Below the pieces are notes generated by a model. It was not told the origin of the DNA. It saw only the letters and a program-made list of their open reading frames with translations, and made no database searches. A program made the position numbers and the translations under genes. Shown piece by piece: positions 51,401 through 64,000 of a stretch of DNA of 64,000 bases (its first letter is position 1; every line of letters starts with the position of its first letter). Source of the stretch: Spizellomyces punctatus DAOM BR117 (taxonomy: Eukaryota); assembly GCA_000182565.2 (NCBI GenBank), contig KQ257456.1, one strand, 5' to 3'.

Positions 51401-52551
51401 TTAGAATCGCTCTTTCATCCGCGCACTGATCGTTCTCAATTGTGAATATACTTTGCCAGGAGTACTTCCCAGAATCAACGACACAATTGCATCCCTTGCC
51501 ACTCGGATGTTTGCAAATGACCCTAGGATATGAATCTTGGTGTCTGCAATGACCACTCGTGTACGGGACGTGTTCTCAATAGCGAATCTTGTCTTGCCGT
51601 CTTTTCCTACTATGCGACCGATGGCACGCGAAAGGTTATCGCCCGCAAGCGTCTTGACATCCTTGATCTCGAACGTATCAATATAGAGATCGTCCAAACG
51701 AAGTAAGGCAATGGCATCCTGCATTGAATAGAGATGCCCATGGTAAGTGAAACGGCATAATCATCTGAATGACCAACGCTAGGCACGTACGTTGATTTCA
51801 AACCCAAGACAAAACGCCTTCACAAAATCTGCACCCTTTTGCAGTGCTCCAGCGTCTACTGTCTGGGGACATGTCCTGAGTTCGACTGCTTTGGACTTGA
51901 TGTTCATACGAACTTGGAGTTTCATGTGCTCCACAAGAGGGGAGTAGATCTTGATCCACTCCTTTTGGAGTGGAGTTAGGCGATGTGGCGGGACGGGGAT
52001 TTTGCGAAATTCACGGTTGCCAGACTATACGAGATCATGGAAAGAGTTAGATATACCGAACATATTCACACAGTTGCTCCCTGAAAAGGTGGCATTTTTT
52101 GTACGGCCAAATGGTCAGATATAAAGTGTTGGCATCAATGATGCTCAATGGAATCCGTATATGTTCCGGCATTCCCAGAGCACCCAAAATCAGGGCTTGA
52201 CTCTATATGGGTTCATCACTCCAGGCCCACCGCAGAAAGTACAGAAAATCCCTAGATGCTTACCAATGCCTCTGGTCTCAGCTTTTTGAATTTTGGTTTC
52301 TTAGTCTTATCTACTTGCATTGCGTCGGTAGGTGTTGGCTGCTCGGTTTCCATAGCGTCAACAGGTGTGGATTCTGGATTTGGTGCAGGGCTTTCTTGTG
52401 AGGGTTCGGATGCGGCGGTTGTGGGAGTTGTGCTTGTGGGGGACTGTGCGCTGTTCTTCTTCTTCTTAGTCTTTTTCTTGTTGTTCTTGTTTGCAGATGC
52501 TGGAGTTGCTGGTTTATCAACGGCCATCGCATCCGTGGGTAGGCGACCCAT
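51401..52551 (-). CDS. PNO1: Pre-rRNA-processing KH protein Pno1/Dim2, 3 exons
   Basis: [90 protein letters not shown]. Confidence 0.96.
52105..52226 (-). ncRNA. Intronic box C/D snoRNA, snR66-like (predicted 2'-O-methylation of the LSU rRNA base equivalent to yeast U2417)
   Basis: Lies in the 239-nt PNO1 intron (52025-52263). Box C GUGAUGA (52219-52213), guide UAGAGUCAAGC (52205-52195), D' CUGA (52193-52190), internal hairpin, C'-like UUGAUG, D CUGA (52118-52115) and terminal GGCC..UGG/CCA..GGCC complementarity. Confidence 0.85.
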
Positions 52552-52788
52552 ATTGTCAAGTAGAGTCAATGGGGAAATAATGCGATCGCGCTGGTTTTGA
52601 TTCTGGAGAAAAACATTTCAAACTTTTGGACCAACGTTAACCAATCAGAAGACGTGGCGCGGTAATATTCACGTAAGCGATCTATCAAGGCATCCTTTCA
52701 CACTTTGTAAAGCCTTCATACGGATATCCGGATACCCTCATCGTAAATAAAGCAGCTATAGCCAAATAATGGATTATATACATTATTC

Positions 52789-54318
52789 CTAATCTACATA
52801 CACCACAATCTCATCGTCGTTCTCTACATCGTAAAAATGTACATCCCGCAAATCATCCTCCATCTCTATATTCGGTGCCCCCAGCTTTCCCACCTTCCGC
52901 AAGTGTACAGAGCCTTTCACTCCAAGTATTCTACTCGCAAGAACCTTTAGCGCTCGTATGTTCATTGTGTTTGGAATTTTCTTTCTTATTTTCTTGCTTT
53001 CGTAGCAAAGTGTGATGGTCGACAATCGATCCTTCAGTATCGATGACGTTGCTGTAACTGGGGCAGGTGTTGGCGCACCGTGTATTCGTGCTAGTTCCTC
53101 ATATCGGGGATGTAAAAGATGAAAAGAGGTTGGATCGGACGATGCGGAAAGCTCTTTGGCGCACCGTCCGAGATAATAAAGTTCTGAATCCGATCGTTCA
53201 CGAGGGGTGAGTGTGGACCCATTCAGGGTTGTCAGCTTGGCCAGGCGTGCAATCAGAAATGGATGAAGATCGCTTGAAGGAACGTCATCGAGGACCGGAT
53301 TTCGTCGCAACCTCAACTCGACGAGGGCGGGGAACGAGTTCAATGCATGAATGGAAGTCCAGGATTTTATCTTGTTGTTACTGATATTGAGAGTCGTCAG
53401 CTCCGCAAATTCCCCCGCAGCAGGTGCTTCTATGCTGGCCAAATAATTGTTGTTGATCATGAGGGTACGGAGAGATGGGAGGAGGGCGAGTTTGCGAATC
53501 TCCGCCCAAGATGTGAAATCGTTGTGCTCAAGATTCAAGAACTGGATGTTTTGAAAGCCATTGATGAGGGGAAAAGATGCCAGATGGTTGAAGCCGAGAT
53601 GCAGTTCCTTCAGTTGTGGTAGATATGTCTCTAGTTTCTGTAGCTCTTCCCATGGGAGAAGCGTTTCAATCAGAGTCAATGCACGAAGGTTATTGAATAC
53701 ATCCTTCAGTTCACCGTGCGCGGTATCCTCCAAAGGTTGCATTCGATTGAAAGCCAATCGCAGAGATTGAAGGTCTGCCAATTCTCGACAAATGTCCGCG
53801 ACGTCTTTCCATGTTTGAAATAAACTACGAGAGAGGTCCAGATCAACTATCGCAGGACACAACTCTCGAACTTGTCCATCCTTTCCTCCTCTAAATCCCA
53901 CACGCATTCCCGCCAACCCGACCTCCCGTATATTTCCTGCTTGCGCAAGTTTGCGGGATATCTTGTCCCATCCGACGGTTTCCACATCCACTCCATTTCC
54001 TCCAAATCGTACTATTCCGTCCTGTGGCTGTAATGAAAGATATTTCTCTTGGAATGCCTCCAGAAATGAGCGTGCAAAGGCGTCAGTAGGTACTTTTGAT
54101 ACTCTTAGGAAGGAGCCGCTGTTTGGCACCCGAGTATGAAAGTACTGCGTCCCGTCATGTGCACCCGAATGTTTTCCTCTTGAGGGATCGTCCCACTCAA
54201 TGCCGTACCAAAGAGTGTTGGAACCAAGGGGAACGGGTCCATGATACCGAATCGTCCCAAAGTGATTGGAGACGCAGATGCGCTGGCGTAATTTGTCAGA
54301 GTGAGCATTCAATGTCAT
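52789..54318 (-). CDS. TBCE: Tubulin-specific chaperone E (CAP-Gly, LRR, UBL)
   Basis: GTIRYHGPV...WYGIEWDDPSRGKHSGAHDGTQYF; VETVGWDKI; LRRs; ERSDSELYYL; HPRYEELARIHG; C-terminal UBL. Confidence 0.93.
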   Translation of the reverse strand: MTLNAHSDKLRQRICVSNHFGTIRYHGPVPLGSNTLWYGIEWDDPSRGKHSGAHDGTQYFHTRVPNSGSFLRVSKVPTDAFARSFLEAFQEKYLSLQPQDGIVRFGGNGVDVETVGWDKISRKLAQAGNIREVGLAGMRVGFRGGKDGQVRELCPAIVDLDLSRSLFQTWKDVADICRELADLQSLRLAFNRMQPLEDTAHGELKDVFNNLRALTLIETLLPWEELQKLETYLPQLKELHLGFNHLASFPLINGFQNIQFLNLEHNDFTSWAEIRKLALLPSLRTLMINNNYLASIEAPAAGEFAELTTLNISNNKIKSWTSIHALNSFPALVELRLRRNPVLDDVPSSDLHPFLIARLAKLTTLNGSTLTPRERSDSELYYLGRCAKELSASSDPTSFHLLHPRYEELARIHGAPTPAPVTATSSILKDRLSTITLCYESKKIRKKIPNTMNIRALKVLASRILGVKGSVHLRKVGKLGAPNIEMEDDLRDVHFYDVENDDEIVVYVD

Positions 54319-56086
54319 TGTGAAGATCTGCGATCCTCGGCTGGACGCTCTCGTCAGGACGCGCGAAGGCCTTTGGAGCACAACGTCCAAATCCGGTGCT
54401 AATGAACGAAAACCCCCAGGAACCTTAAGTCATCGCTGCTCATTAAAACATAGACGCTGTGCGTTGAAATCCTTGATGGGGCATTTTGGTTTTGGCTCAT
54501 GTGCAGTATCTCTTTTAGGTGATGTATGATTCTTCCTTGCCATCAACGCACTCCCAATTATGAATGACATATCTGCCACTGCTTGTAAAACTTGCAATAG
54601 ATGTGTCCTCCATCCCTAGCAACTCTGCAAGCATCCCCACTTGTCTGCTGCTGCAATTTCTGCTGTACCTTGCCCGTTTGGGTCAGTAGGAAAGGGCATT
54701 ATTTCTGTGGCATTAAGCGTTGACTTTGCACAGGAGTATTGATTGGACAGCGTTAAGAGATTCTCCGCAGCATGGTAATGTGTAGCGAAGCGCTGATCAA
54801 ACTTGTACTCGGCTACATTACCTCAGATTCGGTTATTATCATTTTGTAGGACATTGGCCGGTATGTCCTGCACTACTTCCAATGAGTTATTTCACCAGGA
54901 TCTCACTCTGTTCCACATCCTTGTGGGTTCTTGATCTGAAGTCGGTGTATCAGATCCCAGACCCATGCGCAATGTACCAGAAGGAGTTGGTGTCTGGTAA
55001 TGACCATCTTTGCTAATGCTGGTTGGCTTTCCCATGTCGTATAATCGCATTCCAACAAGGACGGAAGATGACAACGTTGCAATAATCTGTTACGGGCATA
55101 CAGATACGGATAATAACTGGCCTTGCAAGGGATAATACCAATTATTTTTGTTTGTAGGGCCACACAGTCGCCAAATGTTTTGAAATTCGCCCGCGCGTTC
55201 TGCCCTTTTACGTCTCATTAGACGAAACGGATAATTTGAGATTTGTTTTTTGGTGCTACTCGCGTGGGTTTCCTACTCGCCTCGATTGCAGTAAGAACCC
55301 GCCAAAAAGGACCGCTGATGGCTGCTGGGGGATGGGCTGCCTGGAATGGCTGTCCAGTGGCTGCGTAGATGCCGCAACATGATCCGTGTTTGGTTGGCAG
55401 GTTCAACGAGTTCAAGCGTACGAGATGCCAAGCGTAGCAGTTGCATTTGAATCTTGTTTATTGATCAAAGCAACCCTTGAAAGATCCTTGTTAAATGTCA
55501 CATGACAATCACTCCTGATTGACGCAACGTTTCAGATTTATATCCACAACTTGCTTTTGCCACTTGCCTCCTTTGCCGTAATTTGAGGGACGATTGGCAA
55601 AAGGAGGTTTTTGTGTGGCAATTTGTAGGATTATTGTTCTTTTGCTTTTAGCTCTTGTGGATTTGGAGGCTGCTTGCGATAGCTCGTCTTGCCATCCGCT
55701 TGCCATTTGGCTGTGGGTTTTTTATTTTTATTTTTTTTTTTGGATGATGCAACCTTACGTTTGTTGACTTGTGTGTGTGGTCGTCGATTTCCTCCTCCTT
55801 TTTGTTCCCAAAAACTGCTCAGCACTCCCACACGCAACTGCGATTCGCCAGGCACAAACCTCCGAGAACACTAAACATATATCCGCCTTTTTGTTTCGCT
55901 CATCCACAATAGAAGGGACAAGGAGTTCCGCAGCAACCGTTTCTTTCCCACGGCACAACACACGCACTAGTATTTAAAGATACCTTTTAATTCGGCCGTG
56001 GCGACATTCTTTTTGCATGACCTGGAACGCGCACCTCTGCAACTTGTGATTACCTCTTGGCTCTCACGTAAACACCTCGCTGCCGC

Positions 56087-57699
56087 ATGGTGATTCCCTT
56101 GAACGTCTCTGCTGAGACAAGGTCAACAAGAAGAAATAATTCAAAGACAGTCACAGGGACAAAGACAATACCTCGTGGCACGACTGCAAGTCTGCCAAGT
56201 CTGCCGGTGACGGGCGTGCTCGCTCCTACTCACGCTGCGTCTTTCGTGAAGAGGACTTCCAACTTGAGTGGCAAGATGTTCTTTAAGGGAAAATGGAATT
56301 TCCGTAAAGGAAATGCTCCTCCCGCACGAATTGAAACAGACTTTCCAGACGAGGTTTTGGAAAAGGTGGAAAAGGAACGGTGTGTGAGCGCAACGGATTC
56401 GGCTTGCGGTGTGGAAGAGCTATTGAGAATTGGTCCGTTTTTCGTCAAACATATACTCTTTACATGTTACTTTTTGACTAAAGCCCTTTCATCGTCTTAC
56501 AGATTTCCTGGCGCACCTCCCATATGAGCTTGCTGTGCAGATTGTGTGCGCAGTCGGCGACATTGCCACTGTCCAGATGCTCGGGCTCGTCTCAAAGCGC
56601 TGGGCGCAACTTTCCCGCGACAAGGAAGTGTGGAAGAGTCTCTATCTAAACCGATGGGGACCGCTGACACCTCTGAAAAAACTCCAAAAACTCCGAAAAC
56701 AACAACGCGACTGGAAAAGCCTCTATTCAAACCGTATCCTCCTGGAAAAGAACTGGGCAGAAGGGAACGTGACGGCCCGCTACATCAACGGCCATCACGA
56801 TTCCGTTTACTGCATCCAATTTGACACTGAGAGAATAATATCTGGGTCCCGGGATCGCACCATCAAGTTTTGGGATCTGGAAACTCAAAAATGCACTCGA
56901 ACTCTCCGCGGCCATTGCGGATCTGTCCTCTGCCTCCAATACGATGAGCGATACATTGTAACAGGGTCCTCAGACGCAAGCATTATTATCTGGGACTACA
57001 CATCAGGAGAAGAACTCCATACCCTACGCGGCCACAATTCCCCCGTTCTCGACGTTCGTTTCAACGACACCATCATTGTCAGCTGCTCCAAAGATTGCAC
57101 AATAAAGATATGGTGTCTCTCCACAGGTAGACTTGTGCGAACACTTGAGGGCCACCACGCAGCCGTCAACGCCGTCCATTTACACGGTAACCTTGTCGCA
57201 TCCGCCTCTGGGGACTGTTTTATCAAACTCTGGGACATTGAAACTGGGAAATGCATCCGCGATTTCGTTGGCCACAGTCGGGGCCTCGCTTGCGTCCAAT
57301 TCGATGGAGACACCATCGTATCTGGTTCCAACGATCGATCCATCCGGGTGTGGAACGCGCATACCGGAGAATTACTCCGAACATTGGAAGGTCACAATGA
57401 CCTCGTTCGAACACTTTGCTTTGATAAAAAGCATATCGTCTCGGGATCATATGATCAGACTATCAAAGTATGGGATTTCAAAACGGGGGAATTGCTCTGG
57501 GATTTAAAGGATGCGCATTCGAGTTGGGTCTTCCATGTCCAGTTTGATGCTACAAAGATTATATCGGCTAGTCAGGTTTGTGGATTTTTTTTTTCTTTTC
57601 CATATTTGCAAACAATGCTCATTCGCAAATTATTAGGATCGTAAAATCGTTGTTTGGGATTTCACACATGGTGTAGACCATGTCTCGGACTTTATCTAA
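56087..57699 (+). CDS. F-box/WD40 protein (beta-TrCP/FWD1-like), 3 exons; start uncertain (56087 or 56276)
   Basis: F-box DFLAHLPYELAVQIV...VSKRWAQLSRDKEVWK; WD repeats such as GHHDSVYCIQFD, GHCGSVLCLQYD, GHSRGLACVQFD, GHNDLVRTLCFD. Confidence 0.9.
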
Positions 57700-58218
57700 G
57701 TACCCGGCTATTTTCTCTGCATACAGCTCTTCTGCAAAAGAAAAGAAAAAGATAGGGGGCTTTAATGGGTAAAACTTTTTCAAGATGTGGTATTTCTTTC
57801 TTTTTGGGTCTGCCCCATACCTTTTTTTTTTCCTCTGTAGATTTTGGTTTATGTAGGGTTGGGTGTCTATTGGTTGCGCTCCTGGATGTTTGGAGAGCAT
57901 TCGGAGATGAGAGCAAGTATTTCGTGTAAAGTGAGCTGTAGATTGTATTAGCATGGGTTGCTGGCTTGTGGGGTTGTGGCCCGTCGGCCACGATTACATT
58001 CTTTCTCGTATCTTAAAATATATTATACCGTCCGTCATCTGACAGCAGCTCCCGAAAGATTTGCTGTACGACAGCCACGTTTTTTGGTATACCATTTGAA
58101 GAATCACTGGAAATGCTGCTTGTATATGTGTCACATCTACGTAGTTACAAAAGAAAAAGAAAACAAAACTCCACCATTCAACCAGCCATTCTATCGGTCT
58201 CTACCCCATTTCCTCCCC

Positions 58219-60174
<1,956 letters not shown>

Positions 60175-60732
60175 GGTACTGTGTGCTGTTTTCGATCCTG
60201 TTTGCGTTGAGGATCCAGGCCAGCAATGTTAGATCAAATCTCAAGGGCGATGGTACACGACCTAGCAACATCATTTAGCGACCTTAGCAACAGACTGGTT
60301 CCAACCAACTGCAGTCTTTGGGTTTTACACCTGCTTGTTGGAACTCATAATAACATCATCAATAGCAATTAAACTGTCGGGCTTATTTACATTGGGCAGC
60401 AAGCTGGTACACCAGCAAAAATATATTCATCCTTTCTGAGAGTCAAGCCATCAGAGAAAGATACAATACACACAAGTTTACACCAAACAAAGAAAAAAGA
60501 CAGCAGGACTAGCAAAGTCGAGGTTTTTTTTGGTTTGAGGTATAGGAAAGGAAAGCTAATTGGAACGGAACTTTAAGAGGAGGAGAAAAAAGGACGTACG
60601 GGAGCTTGCTGACAGAAACGGATACGGGAGGTCGAGCCATCACGGACGATGGTAAAATTGATCAAAGTGCTTGTTGATATGTTCGTTTGTACCGCAAAAG
60701 GGCGAAAAGTTCCATCGTCCAGGCGAGATGGT

Positions 60733-62153
60733 TTACTCGTAGTCTTGGTGATCTTCGTCGTCACCATTCTCCAGCCCCAGTCGGCGCTGTTTCTCGGCTT
60801 CAAGCTGATTGTAAATCATGCCGAGAGCTTTCTTGGTAGCAGCGTCAGTACCAGTAATGGTGACCATGCGAGAGGTCTGTCCATCTTGCAGTTCGTCGAT
60901 GCGAAGCTTCGCACCAGAAGAACGACGAATCTGGTTGATGAAGGAACCGCCTTTGCCAATGATGCAGCCAACCATGTCAGCCGGAATACCGAGAGTCTGG
61001 GTGCGTTGGTCTCCGCCTGCACTACCGTTGGAGATGAGCTGGACACCGTTTCCTTGAGAATCACCACGGGTGTGAGTCCGCCTTGCTGTTGGGCCTGTTC
61101 CTTCGCCTATGCTACCGCGACGTCCACCACGACGGTCGCCCCTCGGTGAGAGTTCGTCGTCAACGTAGCGGCCAGGGCCCCGGCTGCGGCCAGATCGGTT
61201 CTCGGGAGAATAGAGGATAGTGCCTGTAGCACGCTCGATGTCATTGAGGATACACTCGCTGATTTGGTATACGGCAATTTGACTAGGAAATAAACAATGG
61301 GTTTAGCCACAGTTCAGATGAAGAACTTCAGAAAAGGCCAAAGTACATACATGGAATCAACAAGACCGTAAATCTCAATGACGCGCTCGGTGGATTGTGG
61401 CAGCATTTCTTTCGAGACTACGATTCTCGCCCCAGACTCTTCTTGGATATCACGGATTCTGGATCCACCCTTACCGATGATGGATCCCATGAGTTGGTGG
61501 GCAACGAGAAGACGGATGGTAGTATAGTCGGGATGGGCGGGTTCGCGCTGACGGGTGTTTTCAATGGGGTTCTCGAGGAGGTGTTTGGCAACGAGATAGT
61601 AAGCCTACAGTAAAAGGCAAATCACGGACAATCAATATACATCCAAAGATCCAACACCCATTATCTTCACAATTTATATTCTTACCTTGGCGACAGATTC
61701 CAACGGTCCAGACACGGTCAAAATCCGCTCATGAACGCCGTGGACAACTTTGGAAACACCAGCCTTCACGCCGGTAACCTCACGGACCTCGGCTACATTC
61801 TTTCCTCCTTTGCCAATGATGACACCCGCCTCGCGGGTAGAGACCAACGCACGGAGAGTCAAATACGGCTCCTGATCATCCTGTGAAGGTCGGGTGTCCT
61901 CCTCACGGTAACGATCGCGTTCCTGGTCAAAATCTTCTTCAGCACCTGGGGAAGTGGGACCTGCCTCTTCCGCGTCTCTAACACGCTTCTGCACGTGGTC
62001 CTGCTCGTCGGCTGGAGCGTGGGGAATAGGAGAGCTTGAAGGTGGGACGGCGTGATGGTGCGGTGGAAAGTCGGGGTCCAGGGAAAGCCCAGTGAGACGA
62101 ACCATGGGATCGTCGTCATAGGGGCTTGAGCGGCGTGCCTTGAGTGATGCCAT
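60733..62153 (-). CDS. Triple-KH RNA-binding protein (hnRNP K/PCBP; Rnc1/Hek2-like), 3 exons
   Basis: LRALVSTREAGVIIGKGGKNV; VRLLVAHQLMGSIIGKGGSRIRDIQE; IPADMVGCIIGKGGSFINQIRRSSGAKL. Confidence 0.93.
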
Positions 62154-62641
62154 TGAAGAGATAGTGTGAGGGAGAACCGCGGGAAGGTGATCGGGTGAGA
62201 ACCTTAGATCGGTTAGAATGGTCGCAACGTTAGCGGCAGGTGGGAAATGGGGGCAGGCGTTGTCGGGAGACGAAGGAGAAGAGGACGCCGTACGCAGAGG
62301 GAGGGGGAAGGAGCGGAACGTGCGGGGCGTAGAAAGTGCAGGATGTGAGCGCTAAATTGCTGTGAGATGCCAGTTGATAGGGTGCAAAGCGCAGTTCAAG
62401 AAGAAGAAGAGAAATGTAAATGTAGGAAAAAACGCGTCGATTGCCCTTTGGAGGGTTTTTTTGTCATTAACCCCAAATGTTCGTTGTCACGTTACAAGAG
62501 AGGCACGGTGACTGAAAATATGGCACAGTTTCATTAGAGGATGGTTCAAGATTCCACAAAGGACTCCAAAGCAAACGCAATTCGATAAAAATTATAAATA
62601 ACGGCCTTTTCTAACTGTGAGTTTTCCTACGCTAGTGCATA

Positions 62642-64000
62642 TCACCGTCGCTTTCCAGAACCTGGGCTCAATCGAGATCCATCATATGTCCCACGATATC
62701 GCGGCTTGAACTTGTCCTGCAATTTTGAGTCCGTCCTAGAACTTCCACGTCCATTTCGATCCACAGGGTTTCGTATTCGATCTCGAAGGTCAGATTTCTT
62801 CTCGGTGTGGCTGGTATAACTGTGTCGTTTTCTTTCGCGGTCATCCTCCCTGCTACTTTTGGGTCTGTCGGTGCGCCCACGACCATCACGAACAGAGTTT
62901 GATCGCTTCATTGGGGTATCTCGTCGTGACCGTGGCGGTGAGAGGGATGACCTAGATGAACGCGAGGTAGATGATGGGGAAATCGATGTAAATCGTGTGT
63001 GCACTGGTTTTCTAGGTCGCTCACGAGATGGAGCGCGAGATTCACGATGTGGAGGTCTCTCGCGAGAATCACGATATGGTGGTCTTTCGCGAGAATCAGA
63101 TCTGCTCCGACTCCGTCGCCTTGGTGGGATGAAAACTTCTTGAGCTCGATAACGCTCGAATTTGTACTCTTGTCTAAGCGATTTCGTACTGAAGGCACCG
63201 TCTCGTGCTGGTCCTCGCCTTCGCGACCGTCCTTGATGAGGGCAGTCCTATAGAAGAATGTACCCGTTAAAATGCATGAAGAATAGCTATATATGAATTA
63301 TTCAACCTACGTCACCAAAATGTCCCTAAAATGCACATAAGAAGAAGAAAAATGAGTTCAATCGCCTGAGATCTATCTCACAAATGGACGTACCTCCAAC
63401 CCGCATTCGTAGCAGAAAATGTGCGCGTCTTTCTCATGCGGTACTGATTTAGAGCTTGACTAAAGATAATATTAGATTGAGAGATACATAGTAAGTCAGC
63501 CTTCACGACATCCTTACCAAGGCAGTATAAATATACTGTCGCCAGACACCTGGACACTCCTGTGCAAGACTTTAGTTCACCACCTATATTCTTCAACCTT
63601 AATGCCAATCAGTCATACCATAACCCGATGATGCTCTTTGCAAAAGGCACAGTCTCTATCGTCTCTAGATGCATCACAATCCTAATGGATGAACGTTAAT
63701 GGACAATAAGCTCAACTTTCTCACTGCCTATTTCCACACACCCACTTTATATTGATGGCCCCGTCGCCAGCAGCGGTAACATACATCGGCAAGCGGGCAT
63801 TTCAATGGCTCGTGATCAGCTTTACATAAGAAACATGCAGTTTCCTGATAAAATGAGCAAGGGTGTGAACCTTCGAACCAGTAGCAGTCCTGATCGCAGC
63901 TGCATGCCGAGACTCACCTTTTCAGGACACGACTTGGCCGTGTGGCCCGTCTTTCTGCAAAAGAGACACATGATTTCAGACCCGAAATATCTAGGCTGCG
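62642..64000 (-). CDS. Multi-zinc-knuckle protein, Air1/Air2 (TRAMP)-like, with an RS/RD-rich C-terminus; 5' end lies beyond the window
   Basis: Short exons CLFCRKTGHTAKSCP, CFLCKADHEPLKCP, CYRCWRRGHQYK|DC, CPGVWRQY, FCYECGLE|GHFGD|DCP, in frame with the 62642-63004 ORF. Confidence 0.8.

Noticed and set aside
54420..55200. Protein-like fragments on the minus strand suggesting a pseudogene or TE relic
   Set aside because: Many stops, no recognisable domain, no LTR or TIR; cannot be supported without a search.

Overview
Gene-dense eukaryotic DNA with short GT-AG introns (mostly about 45-90 nt), carrying about 40 protein-coding genes. Many are arranged head-to-head with about 190-440 bp between start codons. 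Fungal markers (LYS12 of the alpha-aminoadipate pathway, an OCA-type phosphatase, a Kre9/Knh1-like GPI protein) occur together with the ciliary transition-zone gene MKS1, INTS9 and an Elongin-B-like gene. This points to a zoosporic early-diverging fungus, probably a chytrid (inference). Most genes are housekeeping: PRP39, LAMTOR2, NDUFS4, HAP3, EMG1, RRS1, TIM8, BioF, LYS12, PEX4, ESS1, GDT1, PNO1, TBCE, ArgRS, a KH protein and an Air1/2-like protein. I found no transposon, rRNA, tRNA, CRISPR array or biosynthetic cluster, and no clear new multi-gene system. The best signals are: (1) an unannotated box C/D snoRNA in the long PNO1 intron, with a guide matching the yeast snR66 target 25S U2417; (2) a 260-nt, highly structured intron of unknown RNA class in a YIP1-family gene; (3) an intron-containing ArgRS that reads like bacterial ArgS; (4) a possible poison exon in PRP39; (5) orphan proteins, including a SAM plus zinc-finger protein and an N-myristoylation candidate. 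Exon models were assembled by eye and family calls come from recalled motifs, not database searches.
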